DNA of 53,923 nt from positions 1 to 53,923 of the forward strand of contig JALUAR010000107.1 in NCBI GenBank assembly GCA_027050975.1. Direction: 5' to 3'. The notes beneath the pieces are model-generated. The model was given only the letters and a program-made list of their open reading frames with translations, was not told the origin of the DNA and searched no databases. The position numbers and the translations under genes were made by a program. Positions within the stretch are counted from its first letter, which is position 1. Each line of letters opens with the position of its first letter. The stretch comes from Thermodesulfovibrio sp. (GTDB taxonomy: Bacteria; Nitrospirota; Thermodesulfovibrionia; Thermodesulfovibrionales; JdFR-85). Positions 17,895-27,233 of the stretch are shown here, one piece after another.

Positions 17895-19124
17895 TCATAG
17901 AGGCAGGGATATCACAAAGGAGGTGCCTGTTTTGTCTGATTCAAAGTTTACGGTTCCACCCAGGAGGGTTATATTCTTATGTACAACGGAGAGACCGAGT
18001 CCGGTACCGGTCTCTTTTGTGGTATAAAAGGGCATGAAGATCTTCTCTCTTGCACCATCGGGTATTCCCACACCTGTATCCTTTATCTGTATTTTCAGCG
18101 TGTCCGTTGTATCGTAACAGGATACCGTAACTGAGAGGGTTCCGCCCTGAGGCATCGCCTCTATGGCATTCAGGACGAGATTTGTAAGGGCCTGCTTGAG
18201 CAGAACCTCGTCAGAGTTGATAATACATTGCTCGGATAAAAAGCTCAGTTTTATATCGGATCTGTTCTGTAACAGTTGGGACAGAATGGAGTCTATTAGT
18301 TCCTTTAAATCTATCTCCGTGATATTGGGCTCTATGGGTCTGGCAAAGGAAAGGAAATCCTGAATAATTCGGTCCATCAGACGGACCTCTTTCATAATCG
18401 CCTCGATCTCGGGCAGGCCGTTAGCCTTTTTCGAGAGCATCTTTGCATATCCTGAGATGACAGCCATTGGGTTACGCAGTTCATGGGCTATTCCGAGGGA
18501 GACCTCTCCAAGTGAGGAGAGCCACTCTCTGAGCCTTATCTGTTTCTCCAGGGTTTTTAGTTCCGTAAGATCGGTGAAAACAAGAACAAAACCGATAGGT
18601 TCTTTCATCCTGTTATAGAGTACGGAGAGAGTGAGCCCGAGGTAAAGGTCCTGCCCTGCGTGATTTTTATACTGATATTCTGCTCTTTGCACAGGTTTTC
18701 TTTCCTCAAGCAAAGCCTTCAGAGGAGGATTAAAGACCTCTTTGTATGATTTGCCAATCATCTCCTCAGGAGAGATCTTAAGGAGTTCTGCTGCAGCTGA
18801 ATTTACCTTTGTAATCCTCAGGTCATTATCAAAACTAACCACTCCGCTGGGTACACTTTGAATAATGTTTTCGCTGTAGCTCTCAACATCCTCAGCACGC
18901 TCTTCTGCTCTTTTCTTAAGAGCTTCCAGTTCACGTTCCTTCTCCTTTAATTTTGACAATAGTTCCTGAAAGGTTTCAGCCATGAAGGCTATCTGGGATT
19001 TCTGCTCCTGTACCTTGTTTTCCTTTTTCTTGAGATATTTGAAAAGTAAGTAAAGAGAAAGGGTGAGAAGGATGGGTAAAAGGAATAACAGAGGTGTCAG
19101 TATATTGATGTTCGGGGTATTCAT
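17895..19124 (-). CDS. Membrane-anchored PAS sensor histidine kinase (NtrB/AtoS-like)
   Basis: N-terminal TM, coiled coil, PAS, H-box (IAHELRNPMAVISGY), and N/G boxes (LNAIEAM, DTGVGI, GTGLGLS). No cognate regulator lies adjacent. Confidence 0.85.
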   Translation of the reverse strand: MNTPNINILTPLLFLLPILLTLSLYLLFKYLKKKENKVQEQKSQIAFMAETFQELLSKLKEKERELEALKKRAEERAEDVESYSENIIQSVPSGVVSFDNDLRITKVNSAAAELLKISPEEMIGKSYKEVFNPPLKALLEERKPVQRAEYQYKNHAGQDLYLGLTLSVLYNRMKEPIGFVLVFTDLTELKTLEKQIRLREWLSSLGEVSLGIAHELRNPMAVISGYAKMLSKKANGLPEIEAIMKEVRLMDRIIQDFLSFARPIEPNITEIDLKELIDSILSQLLQNRSDIKLSFLSEQCIINSDEVLLKQALTNLVLNAIEAMPQGGTLSVTVSCYDTTDTLKIQIKDTGVGIPDGAREKIFMPFYTTKETGTGLGLSVVHKNITLLGGTVNFESDKTGTSFVISLPL

Positions 19125-19182
19125 CGGTCTTTTATTTCTGAAAATAAGAAGTCAGCCAGAGTATTAAGCCTGTTCCTTTATG

Positions 19183-19659
19183 CTATTTTCTTTTAAATTC
19201 ACCACTTTTGCCACCGCGTTTCTCAAGCAGCATCACATCAGTTATGGTCATCTCTCTGTCCACTGCTTTGCACATATCATATATTGTCAGGGCTGCAACA
19301 GCAGCGGCAGTCAGTGCCTCCATTTCCACACCTGTCTGACCTATTGTCTTTACCCTACTTGTTATCTCAATCGCATTATCGTCCTCATTAAAAGTAAAAT
19401 CCACACTAATGGAGGTTATGCTAAGGGGGTGACAGAGCGGAATAAGCTCGGATGTTTTTTTCGCAGCCATTATCCCGGCAATTCTTGCAATCTGAAGCAC
19501 CTCTCCTTTGGCAATCTGCTGTTTTTTTATAAGTTCGAGGGTTTCGAGTTTCATAATAACGCGGCCGCATGCCACTGCCTCACGCTCAGTAGGTGGCTTT
19601 GCTGATACATCCACCATTTTTGCCTTACCATGTTCATCTATATGTGTAAGTTTCGCCAT
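19183..19659 (-). CDS. moaC: Cyclic pyranopterin monophosphate synthase accessory protein MoaC
   Basis: [19 protein letters not shown]… with canonical MoaC motifs ([18 protein letters not shown]). Start set at the internal ATG 19659, giving about 158 aa. Confidence 0.92.
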   Translation of the reverse strand: MAKLTHIDEHGKAKMVDVSAKPPTEREAVACGRVIMKLETLELIKKQQIAKGEVLQIARIAGIMAAKKTSELIPLCHPLSITSISVDFTFNEDDNAIEITSRVKTIGQTGVEMEALTAAAVAALTIYDMCKAVDREMTITDVMLLEKRGGKSGEFKRK

Positions 19660-19729
19660 GTAGGTATTATAACCTAAAAAAGTGAATTTTGGGTTTTCAT
19701 TTTGGTCTGTTTTAGGATAGTATAATTTT

Positions 19730-20269
19730 ATGAGTTTCATTTCGAAGCACCTTAAAGTATTTTTGATAGTAGTTCTGATTGTAGTATCCCAGGCTGTTTT
19801 TGTGCATGCCGAAGATACAGCGGATCAGGTAAGGCTAATCGACAGGGTGGTGGCCTTTATTGATGATACGGCAATCACATTGGTGGACTATCAGAAGTAC
19901 TATCAGGTGGCTAAGAAGTTTCATCCCGGGCTCTCTCCGGAGGAGGCAATCAATACCTTAATTAACAGAATGCTTCTTATCAGAGAGGCCAGGAGATTAA
20001 GGCTTAAAGGCGAAACCGAGGATGAAATTATAAATCACTATATAGATATCAGAATAAGGGCATTTGTAAGGGTTTCGGAGGCTGAGGTAAGGGGTTTTTA
20101 CGAAAAGAACAGGGAAAGATTTGGTAGCGCCAAACTGCAGGAGCTTTATGCCCAGATAGACACTCTACTCAGAGAGAAGAAGGTCAACAGTATGCTTAAG
20201 CGTCATTTAAAAGAGTTGAAACGAGGCTCTTATATAAAGGTGAACTATATACCAAGGTCCGGGCTTTAA
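19730..20269 (+). CDS. Exported SurA-N-terminal-domain-like chaperone protein (no PPIase domain)
   Basis: Signal peptide ([10 protein letters not shown]), then a helical region resembling the SurA N-domain ([18 protein letters not shown]…[10 protein letters not shown]). Confidence 0.5.
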   Translation: MSFISKHLKVFLIVVLIVVSQAVFVHAEDTADQVRLIDRVVAFIDDTAITLVDYQKYYQVAKKFHPGLSPEEAINTLINRMLLIREARRLRLKGETEDEIINHYIDIRIRAFVRVSEAEVRGFYEKNRERFGSAKLQELYAQIDTLLREKKVNSMLKRHLKELKRGSYIKVNYIPRSGL

Positions 20270-20291
20270 AACCATTCCGTTGCTTAGTCGA

Positions 20292-20750
20292 TCATTTAAG
20301 ATCCTTAATTAGTGCATATTCGTCACATTCTGGAAACTTCGGACACTTAAGACAGTCTCCCCATATCTTGTGGGGAAGTGTGGATTTGTCCACATCCTTA
20401 AAGCCCATCTTTCTGAAAAATTCTGGAGTGTATGTGAGGACAAAAACTCTTTTAACGCCAAGTCGACGGGCATCGACAATACATTTCTTAACGAGCTTGC
20501 TGCCAATACCCATATGCTGGTACGAGGAGTTAACTGCCAGAGACCTGATCTCGGCAAGATCCTCCCAGAGTATATGGAGGGCACAGACTCCCACGATCTT
20601 TCCGTCTGTTTCGCAGATAAAATGGTCACGAAGTGACTCGTAGATCTCATTAAGTGAACGCGGAAGCATCAGGTCCCTTTTGGCATGACTGTTAATCAGC
20701 TTATGGATACGGTGGACATCCTTTATAGTTGCCTTTCTGATCTTTATCAT
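20292..20750 (-). CDS. GNAT-family N-acetyltransferase (ArgA C-terminal-domain-like)
   Basis: Acetyl-CoA binding motif (RSLAVNSSYQHMGIGSKLVKKC). 152 aa. Confidence 0.8.
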   Translation of the reverse strand: MIKIRKATIKDVHRIHKLINSHAKRDLMLPRSLNEIYESLRDHFICETDGKIVGVCALHILWEDLAEIRSLAVNSSYQHMGIGSKLVKKCIVDARRLGVKRVFVLTYTPEFFRKMGFKDVDKSTLPHKIWGDCLKCPKFPECDEYALIKDLK

Positions 20751-20756
20751 GTTCTA

Positions 20757-21347
20757 TTAGTCCTTTCCCCATCTTCGGTACAAGTGATTCTCTATGCCTG
20801 CCTGATCGAGTATTTTGCCCACGATAAAGTCCATCAGTTCCTCGATACTTTCCGGCTTATGATAAAAGCCGAACATGGGAGGAACTATCTTTACACCTAT
20901 TCTTGACAGTTTAAGCATATTCTCAAGATGAATCGGGCTGAGTGGGGTCTCCCGTGGTGAGAGTATCAACCTTCTGCCCTCTTTTATAACCACATCTGCA
21001 GCTCTTTCAATCAGGCTGCTGGCATAACCGTTGGCTATGGAGGCAAGGGTTTTCATGCTGCAAGGTACCACAAACATCCCTTCGGTCCTGAAGGATCCGC
21101 TTGCCACAGGTGCCCAGAGATTATCTTCGTCATAGATATGTAAAGCATCGCCACTGTAGTTAAGATAGTTCTTAAGGTTATCCTCTCTGTTTATAGACAA
21201 ATCCAGCCCTGTCTCCTCTTTTATTATAGGGATGGAGATGCCGGAGAATATCAGATGGACCTCTGATGTTTTAAGTAGTTCCTTCAAAAGCTGAAGTCCC
21301 AGAGTAACACCTGTTGTGCCTGTGATGGCAAGAATATATCTCTTCAT
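20757..21347 (-). CDS. ubiX: UbiX-family flavin prenyltransferase
   Basis: ILAITGTTGVTLGLQLLKEL… with PCSMKTLASIANGYASSLIERAADV, typical of UbiX/Pad1. Confidence 0.9.
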   Translation of the reverse strand: MKRYILAITGTTGVTLGLQLLKELLKTSEVHLIFSGISIPIIKEETGLDLSINREDNLKNYLNYSGDALHIYDEDNLWAPVASGSFRTEGMFVVPCSMKTLASIANGYASSLIERAADVVIKEGRRLILSPRETPLSPIHLENMLKLSRIGVKIVPPMFGFYHKPESIEELMDFIVGKILDQAGIENHLYRRWGKD

Positions 21348-22258
21348 TAATTAGACTCCTTCTTTATAACCCTGTGTCCGCCGAACTGAGCCCTGAGGGC
21401 AGCAAGTATTCTGTCCGAGAAAGGGTCTGTCTGTCGGGAGCGAAACCGTCTGAACAGACTAATGGCAATGCTTTCTGCTGGCACATCAAGCTCGATAGCC
21501 TCCTGAAGGGTCCATCTTCCTTCTCCAGAGTCTTCGACATAGCCACCGATTCCTTCGAGACGGGGGTCTTCCCTGAAGGCCCTCTCCAGAAGCTCTAAAA
21601 GCCATGACCTTATGACGCTTCCGTGGTTCCACAGGTGTGCAAGACTGGCAAAGTCCAGTTCCTTTGAGTAGGGAGAGGAGTTGAGAACCTCGAATCCCTC
21701 GGCATAAGCCTGCATCATGGCATACTCAATACCGTTGTGTATCATCTTTACGTAATGTCCGGCACCGGTGCTACCACAGTAAAGATAACCCTCTTCAGGG
21801 GCAAGGCTCTTAAGAATCGGCTCTATTGTTTTGAAATCCTCATAATCTCCACCAACCATCAGACAGTATCCTTCCTTAAGTCCCCATATTCCGCCGCTTA
21901 CGCCTACATCAACAAATCTAATACCTTTTTTTCTTAACCTTTCTGCCCTGGGAAGATCATCCCTGTAGTGGGTGTTTCCGCCGTCTATCACGATGTCGCC
22001 TTCATCAAGAAGCTCCTTAAGGATATCTATGTGCTCGTCGATAACCCTGCCGGCAGGAAGCATTAACCAGACCACCCTGGGACGAGAGAGTCTGTCCACA
22101 AGCTCTTTGATACTGAAAGCCCCTTCCGCCCCTTCCTTTATAAGGGTCTCTGTCTTTTGAGAGGTTCTGTTATAGGCAACCACACGGTGTCCTTCTCTGA
22201 GAAGCCTCCGCGCCATATTCATTCCCATTCTGCCAAGCCCGATCATGCCTATCTGCAT
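21347..22258 (-). CDS. gnd: Short-form decarboxylating 6-phosphogluconate dehydrogenase-like protein
   Basis: Rossmann N-terminus (MIGLGRMGMNMARRL) and a 6PGDH C-domain (GAGHYVKMIHNGIEYAMMQAYAEG). 303 aa. Its stop overlaps the ubiX start by 1 nt. Confidence 0.8.
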   Translation of the reverse strand: MQIGMIGLGRMGMNMARRLLREGHRVVAYNRTSQKTETLIKEGAEGAFSIKELVDRLSRPRVVWLMLPAGRVIDEHIDILKELLDEGDIVIDGGNTHYRDDLPRAERLRKKGIRFVDVGVSGGIWGLKEGYCLMVGGDYEDFKTIEPILKSLAPEEGYLYCGSTGAGHYVKMIHNGIEYAMMQAYAEGFEVLNSSPYSKELDFASLAHLWNHGSVIRSWLLELLERAFREDPRLEGIGGYVEDSGEGRWTLQEAIELDVPAESIAISLFRRFRSRQTDPFSDRILAALRAQFGGHRVIKKESN

Positions 22259-22417
22259 CAGTTCCTCCTGAGAGATTTTCTGTTCCTTCTGAGACCGTCA
22301 GAGTTCCAGCAAAAAGCTATCTTCTATTATAACCCAGATTCAGTGGTAACGAAAAATCGACAATCTCCTATGAATCTTATCACTGAATCAGGTATAACTG
22401 AACAGGTTTGTTTGAGA

Positions 22418-22975
22418 CTATCCCCATTGTTCATTAAAAACCAGTTCTGACAGAGGCTTCCTATCCGGTCCCTCCTTTTTCTCCGAAAGGGGATATCCTA
22501 TAGGAAATATTCCCACAACCCGAATCTCCGCAGGGATATTGAGTAGGGATTTGACCTTCTCCTCATCAAAAACTCCCACAAAGACAGTGCCGAGGCCAAG
22601 GGCATGGGTTGTAAGCATCAGGTTTTGTGCGGCAATGCCTGCGTCAGTCATATAATAAGGCTGATCCCAGAGATTACCTGACTGTTTCGGATCAGCACAA
22701 AGAACCACTACAACAGGGGCTTCTGCGATCCCCTTTTTTGCCGGATTGGCCTTATACCCTAAGGGAGCAAAGAAGGACTCCACGTAAGAGAGATCACTTA
22801 AACGCTGCCTTGTCTCCCTGTTGCGGACAACAACAAACCTCCAACACTGGAGATTTGCCCATGACGGTGCCCATCGTACAGACTCCAGTATCTGCTGGAG
22901 CTTCTCCTCCTCCACATCCCTTTCCTGGAATCTCCTTATACTCCTTCTGGTTCTGATTGCCTCGAATAGATCCAT
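22418..22975 (-). CDS. Nitroreductase-family flavoprotein
   Basis: [11 protein letters not shown]… and [14 protein letters not shown], typical of the nitroreductase fold. Confidence 0.8.
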   Translation of the reverse strand: MDLFEAIRTRRSIRRFQERDVEEEKLQQILESVRWAPSWANLQCWRFVVVRNRETRQRLSDLSYVESFFAPLGYKANPAKKGIAEAPVVVVLCADPKQSGNLWDQPYYMTDAGIAAQNLMLTTHALGLGTVFVGVFDEEKVKSLLNIPAEIRVVGIFPIGYPLSEKKEGPDRKPLSELVFNEQWG

Positions 22976-22988
22976 AATTTCCTCCTTT

Positions 22989-23687
22989 TTAATAGAATAT
23001 TTTGAATAACAAAAATGTTACCGTAGAACCCATTAATGCTCCAAGGAAGACCTCCCAAGCGCTATGGACCCTTACGGCCACACGGCTCTGGGCTATAATT
23101 AATGCTGCAATCATGGTCAGGATGGAGATAATGTAGTTTTCGCTTATATATGTGGCTGATACCCAAATTGAGAAGGCAAGGGCTGCATGACCACTGGGAA
23201 GACCTCCCCTCAGGGGATGTCCTTTCCCAAAGCGCGATTTTGTTATAATCACCAGGATAAGTACGATTACAAGGGCAACTATGGCTATGTCTTCAGGTGT
23301 GTGCTTGGCGATGCTAAAGCCTTTATGGAATGCATTTTCTATATATGGAATCAGGATTATATATCCTATCACGACTGCTCCAAAGGCGGTAATTAATACC
23401 CCTCCTGCTGCAATATCCTTGATAATTCGAGCTTTTTCACTCTTGTGGGGAGATACCATATCCACAATAGTCTCTATGGCTGAGTTAAGCATCTCTGCCA
23501 GGATAACCAAAACAGCAATAATACAGATTAATATAAACTCATTCCGTGTAATTCCGAGGAGAAAACTGGAGACAATTACTGTCGAGGCTGCATAAAGATG
23601 GTATCTCACATGCCTCTGTGTTTTTGCGGCATAAAGGATCCCTTCTATGGCGTTATTTGCAGCATCAACCCATTTTCTTAAGGGCAT
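22989..23687 (-). CDS. dgkA: Fusion of DgkA-type lipid (diacylglycerol/undecaprenol) kinase with a PAP2 lipid phosphatase domain
   Basis: N-terminal half is DgkA ([17 protein letters not shown]…[10 protein letters not shown]). C-terminal half has PAP2 motifs (PSGHAALAF and [13 protein letters not shown]). Confidence 0.75.
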   Translation of the reverse strand: MPLRKWVDAANNAIEGILYAAKTQRHVRYHLYAASTVIVSSFLLGITRNEFILICIIAVLVILAEMLNSAIETIVDMVSPHKSEKARIIKDIAAGGVLITAFGAVVIGYIILIPYIENAFHKGFSIAKHTPEDIAIVALVIVLILVIITKSRFGKGHPLRGGLPSGHAALAFSIWVSATYISENYIISILTMIAALIIAQSRVAVRVHSAWEVFLGALMGSTVTFLLFKIFY

Positions 23688-24144
23688 TAATAAGTTCCTT
23701 CTCCTTTTTTCTCATCTTTTCTGCCTGATATCTGTTTTTCTCATGATCGTAACCTAACAGATGTAACAGTCCGTGGATGAGAACGGGAAGGAGTTCGTCT
23801 CCGAGGTCATGACCAGCCTCCCTGGCTCGCCTGTCAAGTAGATGTAAATTAATAACGATATCACCTAATGGTATATATTCGTTCGGCATTAATTTGGCTG
23901 CATGCCTCTGTGCTGTAAGGAACTCTTTCTCTGAATCATACATGGGAAAGGAGAGGACATCTGTAGGCATGTCAATGGACCTGTACTGCCTGTTTAATTC
24001 CTGTATCTGTTTGTCGTTTACAAAGAGTATGCTCAGTTCCGCCCTGTCTAAGCCGAGAAGCTTACCCAGTCTTTCCAGGACCTGTAAAAGGTGTGCCTTG
24101 TCGAACCTTACCTTTCGTTGAAGATTTCTTATAACTGTCTCCAT
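23665..24144 (-). CDS. ybeY: rRNA maturation endoribonuclease YbeY
   Basis: Zinc motif HGLLHLLGYDH. Start set at ATG 24144 (METVIRNL…). Confidence 0.9.
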   Translation of the reverse strand: METVIRNLQRKVRFDKAHLLQVLERLGKLLGLDRAELSILFVNDKQIQELNRQYRSIDMPTDVLSFPMYDSEKEFLTAQRHAAKLMPNEYIPLGDIVINLHLLDRRAREAGHDLGDELLPVLIHGLLHLLGYDHEKNRYQAEKMRKKEKELINALKKMG

Positions 24145-25657
24145 GTGACCTCTTTTCGTAAATATCAATCTTGTCTCGTCTCTTCTTGGTTGATTTTTCC
24201 TCGAAGTCAAAACCAGGGTAGTCTATCCTCTTGTGAAGGATACCAGTCAGAATATAAGTGAACTTTTTCTTTATCGTTGAGATATCCCTGAGTGTAAGTT
24301 CACACTCTTCAAGCTGGCCGTCCAGGAATATATGATTGACTATTCTGTCAACAAGTGATTCAATTCTTGCCGGAGTGGGATCCTTCAATACCCTTGATGC
24401 CGCCTCTACGGCATCGGCAAGCATTACCAGAGCTGCCACACGGCTTTGCGGTTTTGGACCATGATAACGGTAGTCCTCCTCATGGGGCTCTCCGTTTCCA
24501 GCATCCTTTGCCTTTTCATAGAAATAGGTCATCAGCCTGGTTCCGTGATGCTGCTGGAGAATCTCAATGACAGGTTCTGGAAGCCCGTATTCCCGGGCTA
24601 TCTCCACACCGTCTTTCACATGAGATGCCAGTATAATGCTGCTCATATGAGGTGTTATCTTCTCATGTCTGCTCACGGCACCTGTCTGGTTCTCCACAAA
24701 ATACTCGGGCATCTTCATCTTACCTATATCATGATAATATGCACTTACCCTTGCAAGAAGAGGATTAACTCCGATATCCTCTGCAACCGCCTCTACCAGT
24801 GTGCCCACGATTATACTGTGATGATATGTGCCGGGTGCCGTAATCATAAGGTTTTTCATAAGCGGATGGTTCAGATCCAGAAGCTCAAGGAGAGTGATGT
24901 CCGTTGTAACCTTAAAGAGAGTCTCGATAGCGGGTAAGACGAGAGATACCACTCCGGAGACCACAATTCCCGAAGTGATTGCATAGAGATAGGCTGTGGA
25001 TGCATAACTGCCAGTAAAACGGTCTGTAAACATCAGTATTCCCGTAAGGGTTATAACGTTTACTCCGCTTACATAAAGACCGGCTCTCAGTATATCGGAC
25101 CTCTTTTTGCAACGTATAACCCCAAAGGCACCCACAAGGCTTCCAATAAAGGCGTATATGGGATAAAGAGGGGTGTCTGCCCATAATCCTGTGAGAAGGC
25201 TGATGGTAAAGGAAAAGATAATCGCTGTATGAAAGTCAAAAATAAGTGTTACCAGTATAGCACCTGCAGCAATAGGCATTCCATAGATTGCCGTGCCCAG
25301 GGGGAGCGTGCCCACACCGATTGTGAACTTCTGGAAAAAGTATTCAAAGACCCTGCCTGCACTGACGGTAAAGAGAACAAGAACACCCAACAGAAGGAGC
25401 ATCCTGTAATTTTTGATATAGTCCGGTTTGTATCTCAGGATGTCACGATAGAATACGAGAAAGAGAAGCCCTGCAATCAGGAATCCTCCAGTGAGATACT
25501 GAAGGGTTATCTTCTCAGCTACGATAACGGATGTAAGAAGACCGAACAGGAGAATAAGAAGGATTTTGTTCCATATGATTTTGTTAACTCCTGTAGCAGG
25601 CTCTCTGTTAATCTTTTCTGTCTTCTCTTTCCTCTTTCCGTTTCTCTTCTCTCTCAT
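24062..25657 (-). CDS. 7-TM receptor with HD/HDIG phosphohydrolase domain (PgpH/YqfF-like)
   Basis: Seven TM helices, then an HD domain (HHSIIVGTLVEAVA…YYHDIGK…QHHG). The start is uncertain (ATG 25657 or 25699). Its 3' end overlaps ybeY by 83 nt. Confidence 0.8.
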   Translation of the reverse strand: MREKRNGKRKEKTEKINREPATGVNKIIWNKILLILLFGLLTSVIVAEKITLQYLTGGFLIAGLLFLVFYRDILRYKPDYIKNYRMLLLLGVLVLFTVSAGRVFEYFFQKFTIGVGTLPLGTAIYGMPIAAGAILVTLIFDFHTAIIFSFTISLLTGLWADTPLYPIYAFIGSLVGAFGVIRCKKRSDILRAGLYVSGVNVITLTGILMFTDRFTGSYASTAYLYAITSGIVVSGVVSLVLPAIETLFKVTTDITLLELLDLNHPLMKNLMITAPGTYHHSIIVGTLVEAVAEDIGVNPLLARVSAYYHDIGKMKMPEYFVENQTGAVSRHEKITPHMSSIILASHVKDGVEIAREYGLPEPVIEILQQHHGTRLMTYFYEKAKDAGNGEPHEEDYRYHGPKPQSRVAALVMLADAVEAASRVLKDPTPARIESLVDRIVNHIFLDGQLEECELTLRDISTIKKKFTYILTGILHKRIDYPGFDFEEKSTKKRRDKIDIYEKRSHGDSYKKSSTKGKVRQGTPFTGPGKTG

Positions 25658-26594
25658 ATGCCTTGATAATCTCCTGTACGAGTCTGTGACGTACAACATC
25701 TCTCTCTGTGAAGTAGATGAATTTGATACCCTCGATTTTCGCGAGAATCCGTTCTGCCTCGATCAGACCGGATGTCTTGCCCTGGGGAAGGTCTACCTGC
25801 GTTATGTCGCCTGTGATAACGGTTTTTGAATTAAAGCCAAGTCTTGTAAGGTACATCTTCATCTGCTCGGTGGTGGTATTCTGGGCCTCATCCAGGATGA
25901 TGAAGGCATCATTAAGGGTTCTTCCCCTCATGTATGCAAGAGGCGCTATCTCTATAATGCCCTTTTCAATCAGCCGGGTAGCCTTTTCAAAATCCATCAT
26001 GTCGTAAAGGGCATCATATAGAGGTCGGAGATAGGGATGGACCTTTTCGTATATGTCACCGGGAAGATAACCCAGTCTTTCTCCTGCCTCAACTGCCGGA
26101 CGGGCAAGAACGATGCGGCTTACCTCTTTTTTTATCAGGGCATTTATAGCCATGGCCATTGCGAGATAGGTCTTTCCGGTACCAGCCGGGCCGATGCCGA
26201 AAACAATATCATATTTCCTGATTGCCTCGATGTATTTGCGCTGGGTCTCTGTTTTCGGGATTATAAAACGCTTCTTTGATGAGACAGGGATGTTGTTCAG
26301 AAAGAGTTCCTTTAAAGAGGTCTCCTCTCCCTTTGAGATCGATAATACAGCAAACCGTATATCATCAGGCTTAAGGACATAACCCTTTTTGTTAATCTCT
26401 TTAATCTCTTCAACAAGCCTCTCTGCACGATGAGCTGCCTCTTCAGGGCCTTTGATGAAGAGCTTGTTCCCTCGGGTGCTGATTATAACGCCAAGTTCTC
26501 GCTCTATGAGCTTTAGACTTTTGTCCAGACCTGAATAGAAAAAATCAGCCGCATTATCTGTATTTATATCCTTTTCCAGAATAATCTCTCCCAT
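25608..26594 (-). CDS. phoH: PhoH-family ATPase
   Basis: Walker A GPAGTGKTYLAMA and DEAQN, with an N-terminal KH-like domain. Conserved phoH-pgpH-ybeY-dgkA order. Confidence 0.9.
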   Translation of the reverse strand: MGEIILEKDINTDNAADFFYSGLDKSLKLIERELGVIISTRGNKLFIKGPEEAAHRAERLVEEIKEINKKGYVLKPDDIRFAVLSISKGEETSLKELFLNNIPVSSKKRFIIPKTETQRKYIEAIRKYDIVFGIGPAGTGKTYLAMAMAINALIKKEVSRIVLARPAVEAGERLGYLPGDIYEKVHPYLRPLYDALYDMMDFEKATRLIEKGIIEIAPLAYMRGRTLNDAFIILDEAQNTTTEQMKMYLTRLGFNSKTVITGDITQVDLPQGKTSGLIEAERILAKIEGIKFIYFTERDVVRHRLVQEIIKAYEREEKRKEEREDRKD

Positions 26595-27233
26595 TTATCC
26601 ACCTGTTTTTACAATCAGAGAGTTAAGCCTCTCCAACTTTTTCAGTCTTATAGCTGTCAGTTTTGCCTGATCCTTACTTTGAAACCTTCCAACTCTGACC
26701 TTATATAATATTTTACTCCTTCCGCCCTTAATAATGCTCACTGAGTACCCTTTTTTCTGGAGCCTGGTTTTTAACTTTTCAGCCTCATTTTTGTCCCTGA
26801 ATGCTCCAACCTGAATGGTGTAGTATACTGTCTTTGTGACAGCTTTGGAGTTCTTTGTCTTTGAAGGCATCTTTTTGGTTCTCTCCATCTTTTTGTTCGT
26901 GACCTCTATAGCCGGTTTGACTGTTTTTCTATCAACCGTCTCCTTCCTCTCAGGAGGTGTCACCTGAAGAGGCTCTTCGGTCAGACCGCCTCCTTGTGTC
27001 TTGCTAATTTGTTCAGGCTCTGACTCTTCATTTCCGAGTTCAGGTGAAGGACTAAGCTTCTCTGATACTACAAGCTCATCGGGTGTATCATCTGGTGAAG
27101 TGCCGGAGAGGTTTTTTCCGGTAAAGTACCCGAGGATAAAGCTTGCCGAGCTTACCAGTACAATAATGACTATAAGGATGGCCTTGCCTGAAAGAAACTC
27201 CGAAGGTACCTTATGGTAGTACCGTGATCTCAT
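26595..27233 (-). CDS. SPOR-domain (septal peptidoglycan-binding) membrane protein
   Basis: N-terminal TM, a low-complexity linker, and a C-terminal SPOR domain (YTIQVGAFRDKNEAEKLKTRLQKKGYSVSI…YKVRVGRFQSKDQA). Confidence 0.75.
   Translation of the reverse strand: MRSRYYHKVPSEFLSGKAILIVIIVLVSSASFILGYFTGKNLSGTSPDDTPDELVVSEKLSPSPELGNEESEPEQISKTQGGGLTEEPLQVTPPERKETVDRKTVKPAIEVTNKKMERTKKMPSKTKNSKAVTKTVYYTIQVGAFRDKNEAEKLKTRLQKKGYSVSIIKGGRSKILYKVRVGRFQSKDQAKLTAIRLKKLERLNSLIVKTGG

Noticed and set aside
22335-22395. Inverted repeat ATTCAGTG…CACTGAAT upstream of the gnd-like gene, as a possible operator.
   Set aside because: Only 8 bp, with an intervening spacer of more than 30 nt in AT-rich DNA. This is within chance expectation, and there is no second copy elsewhere in the window.
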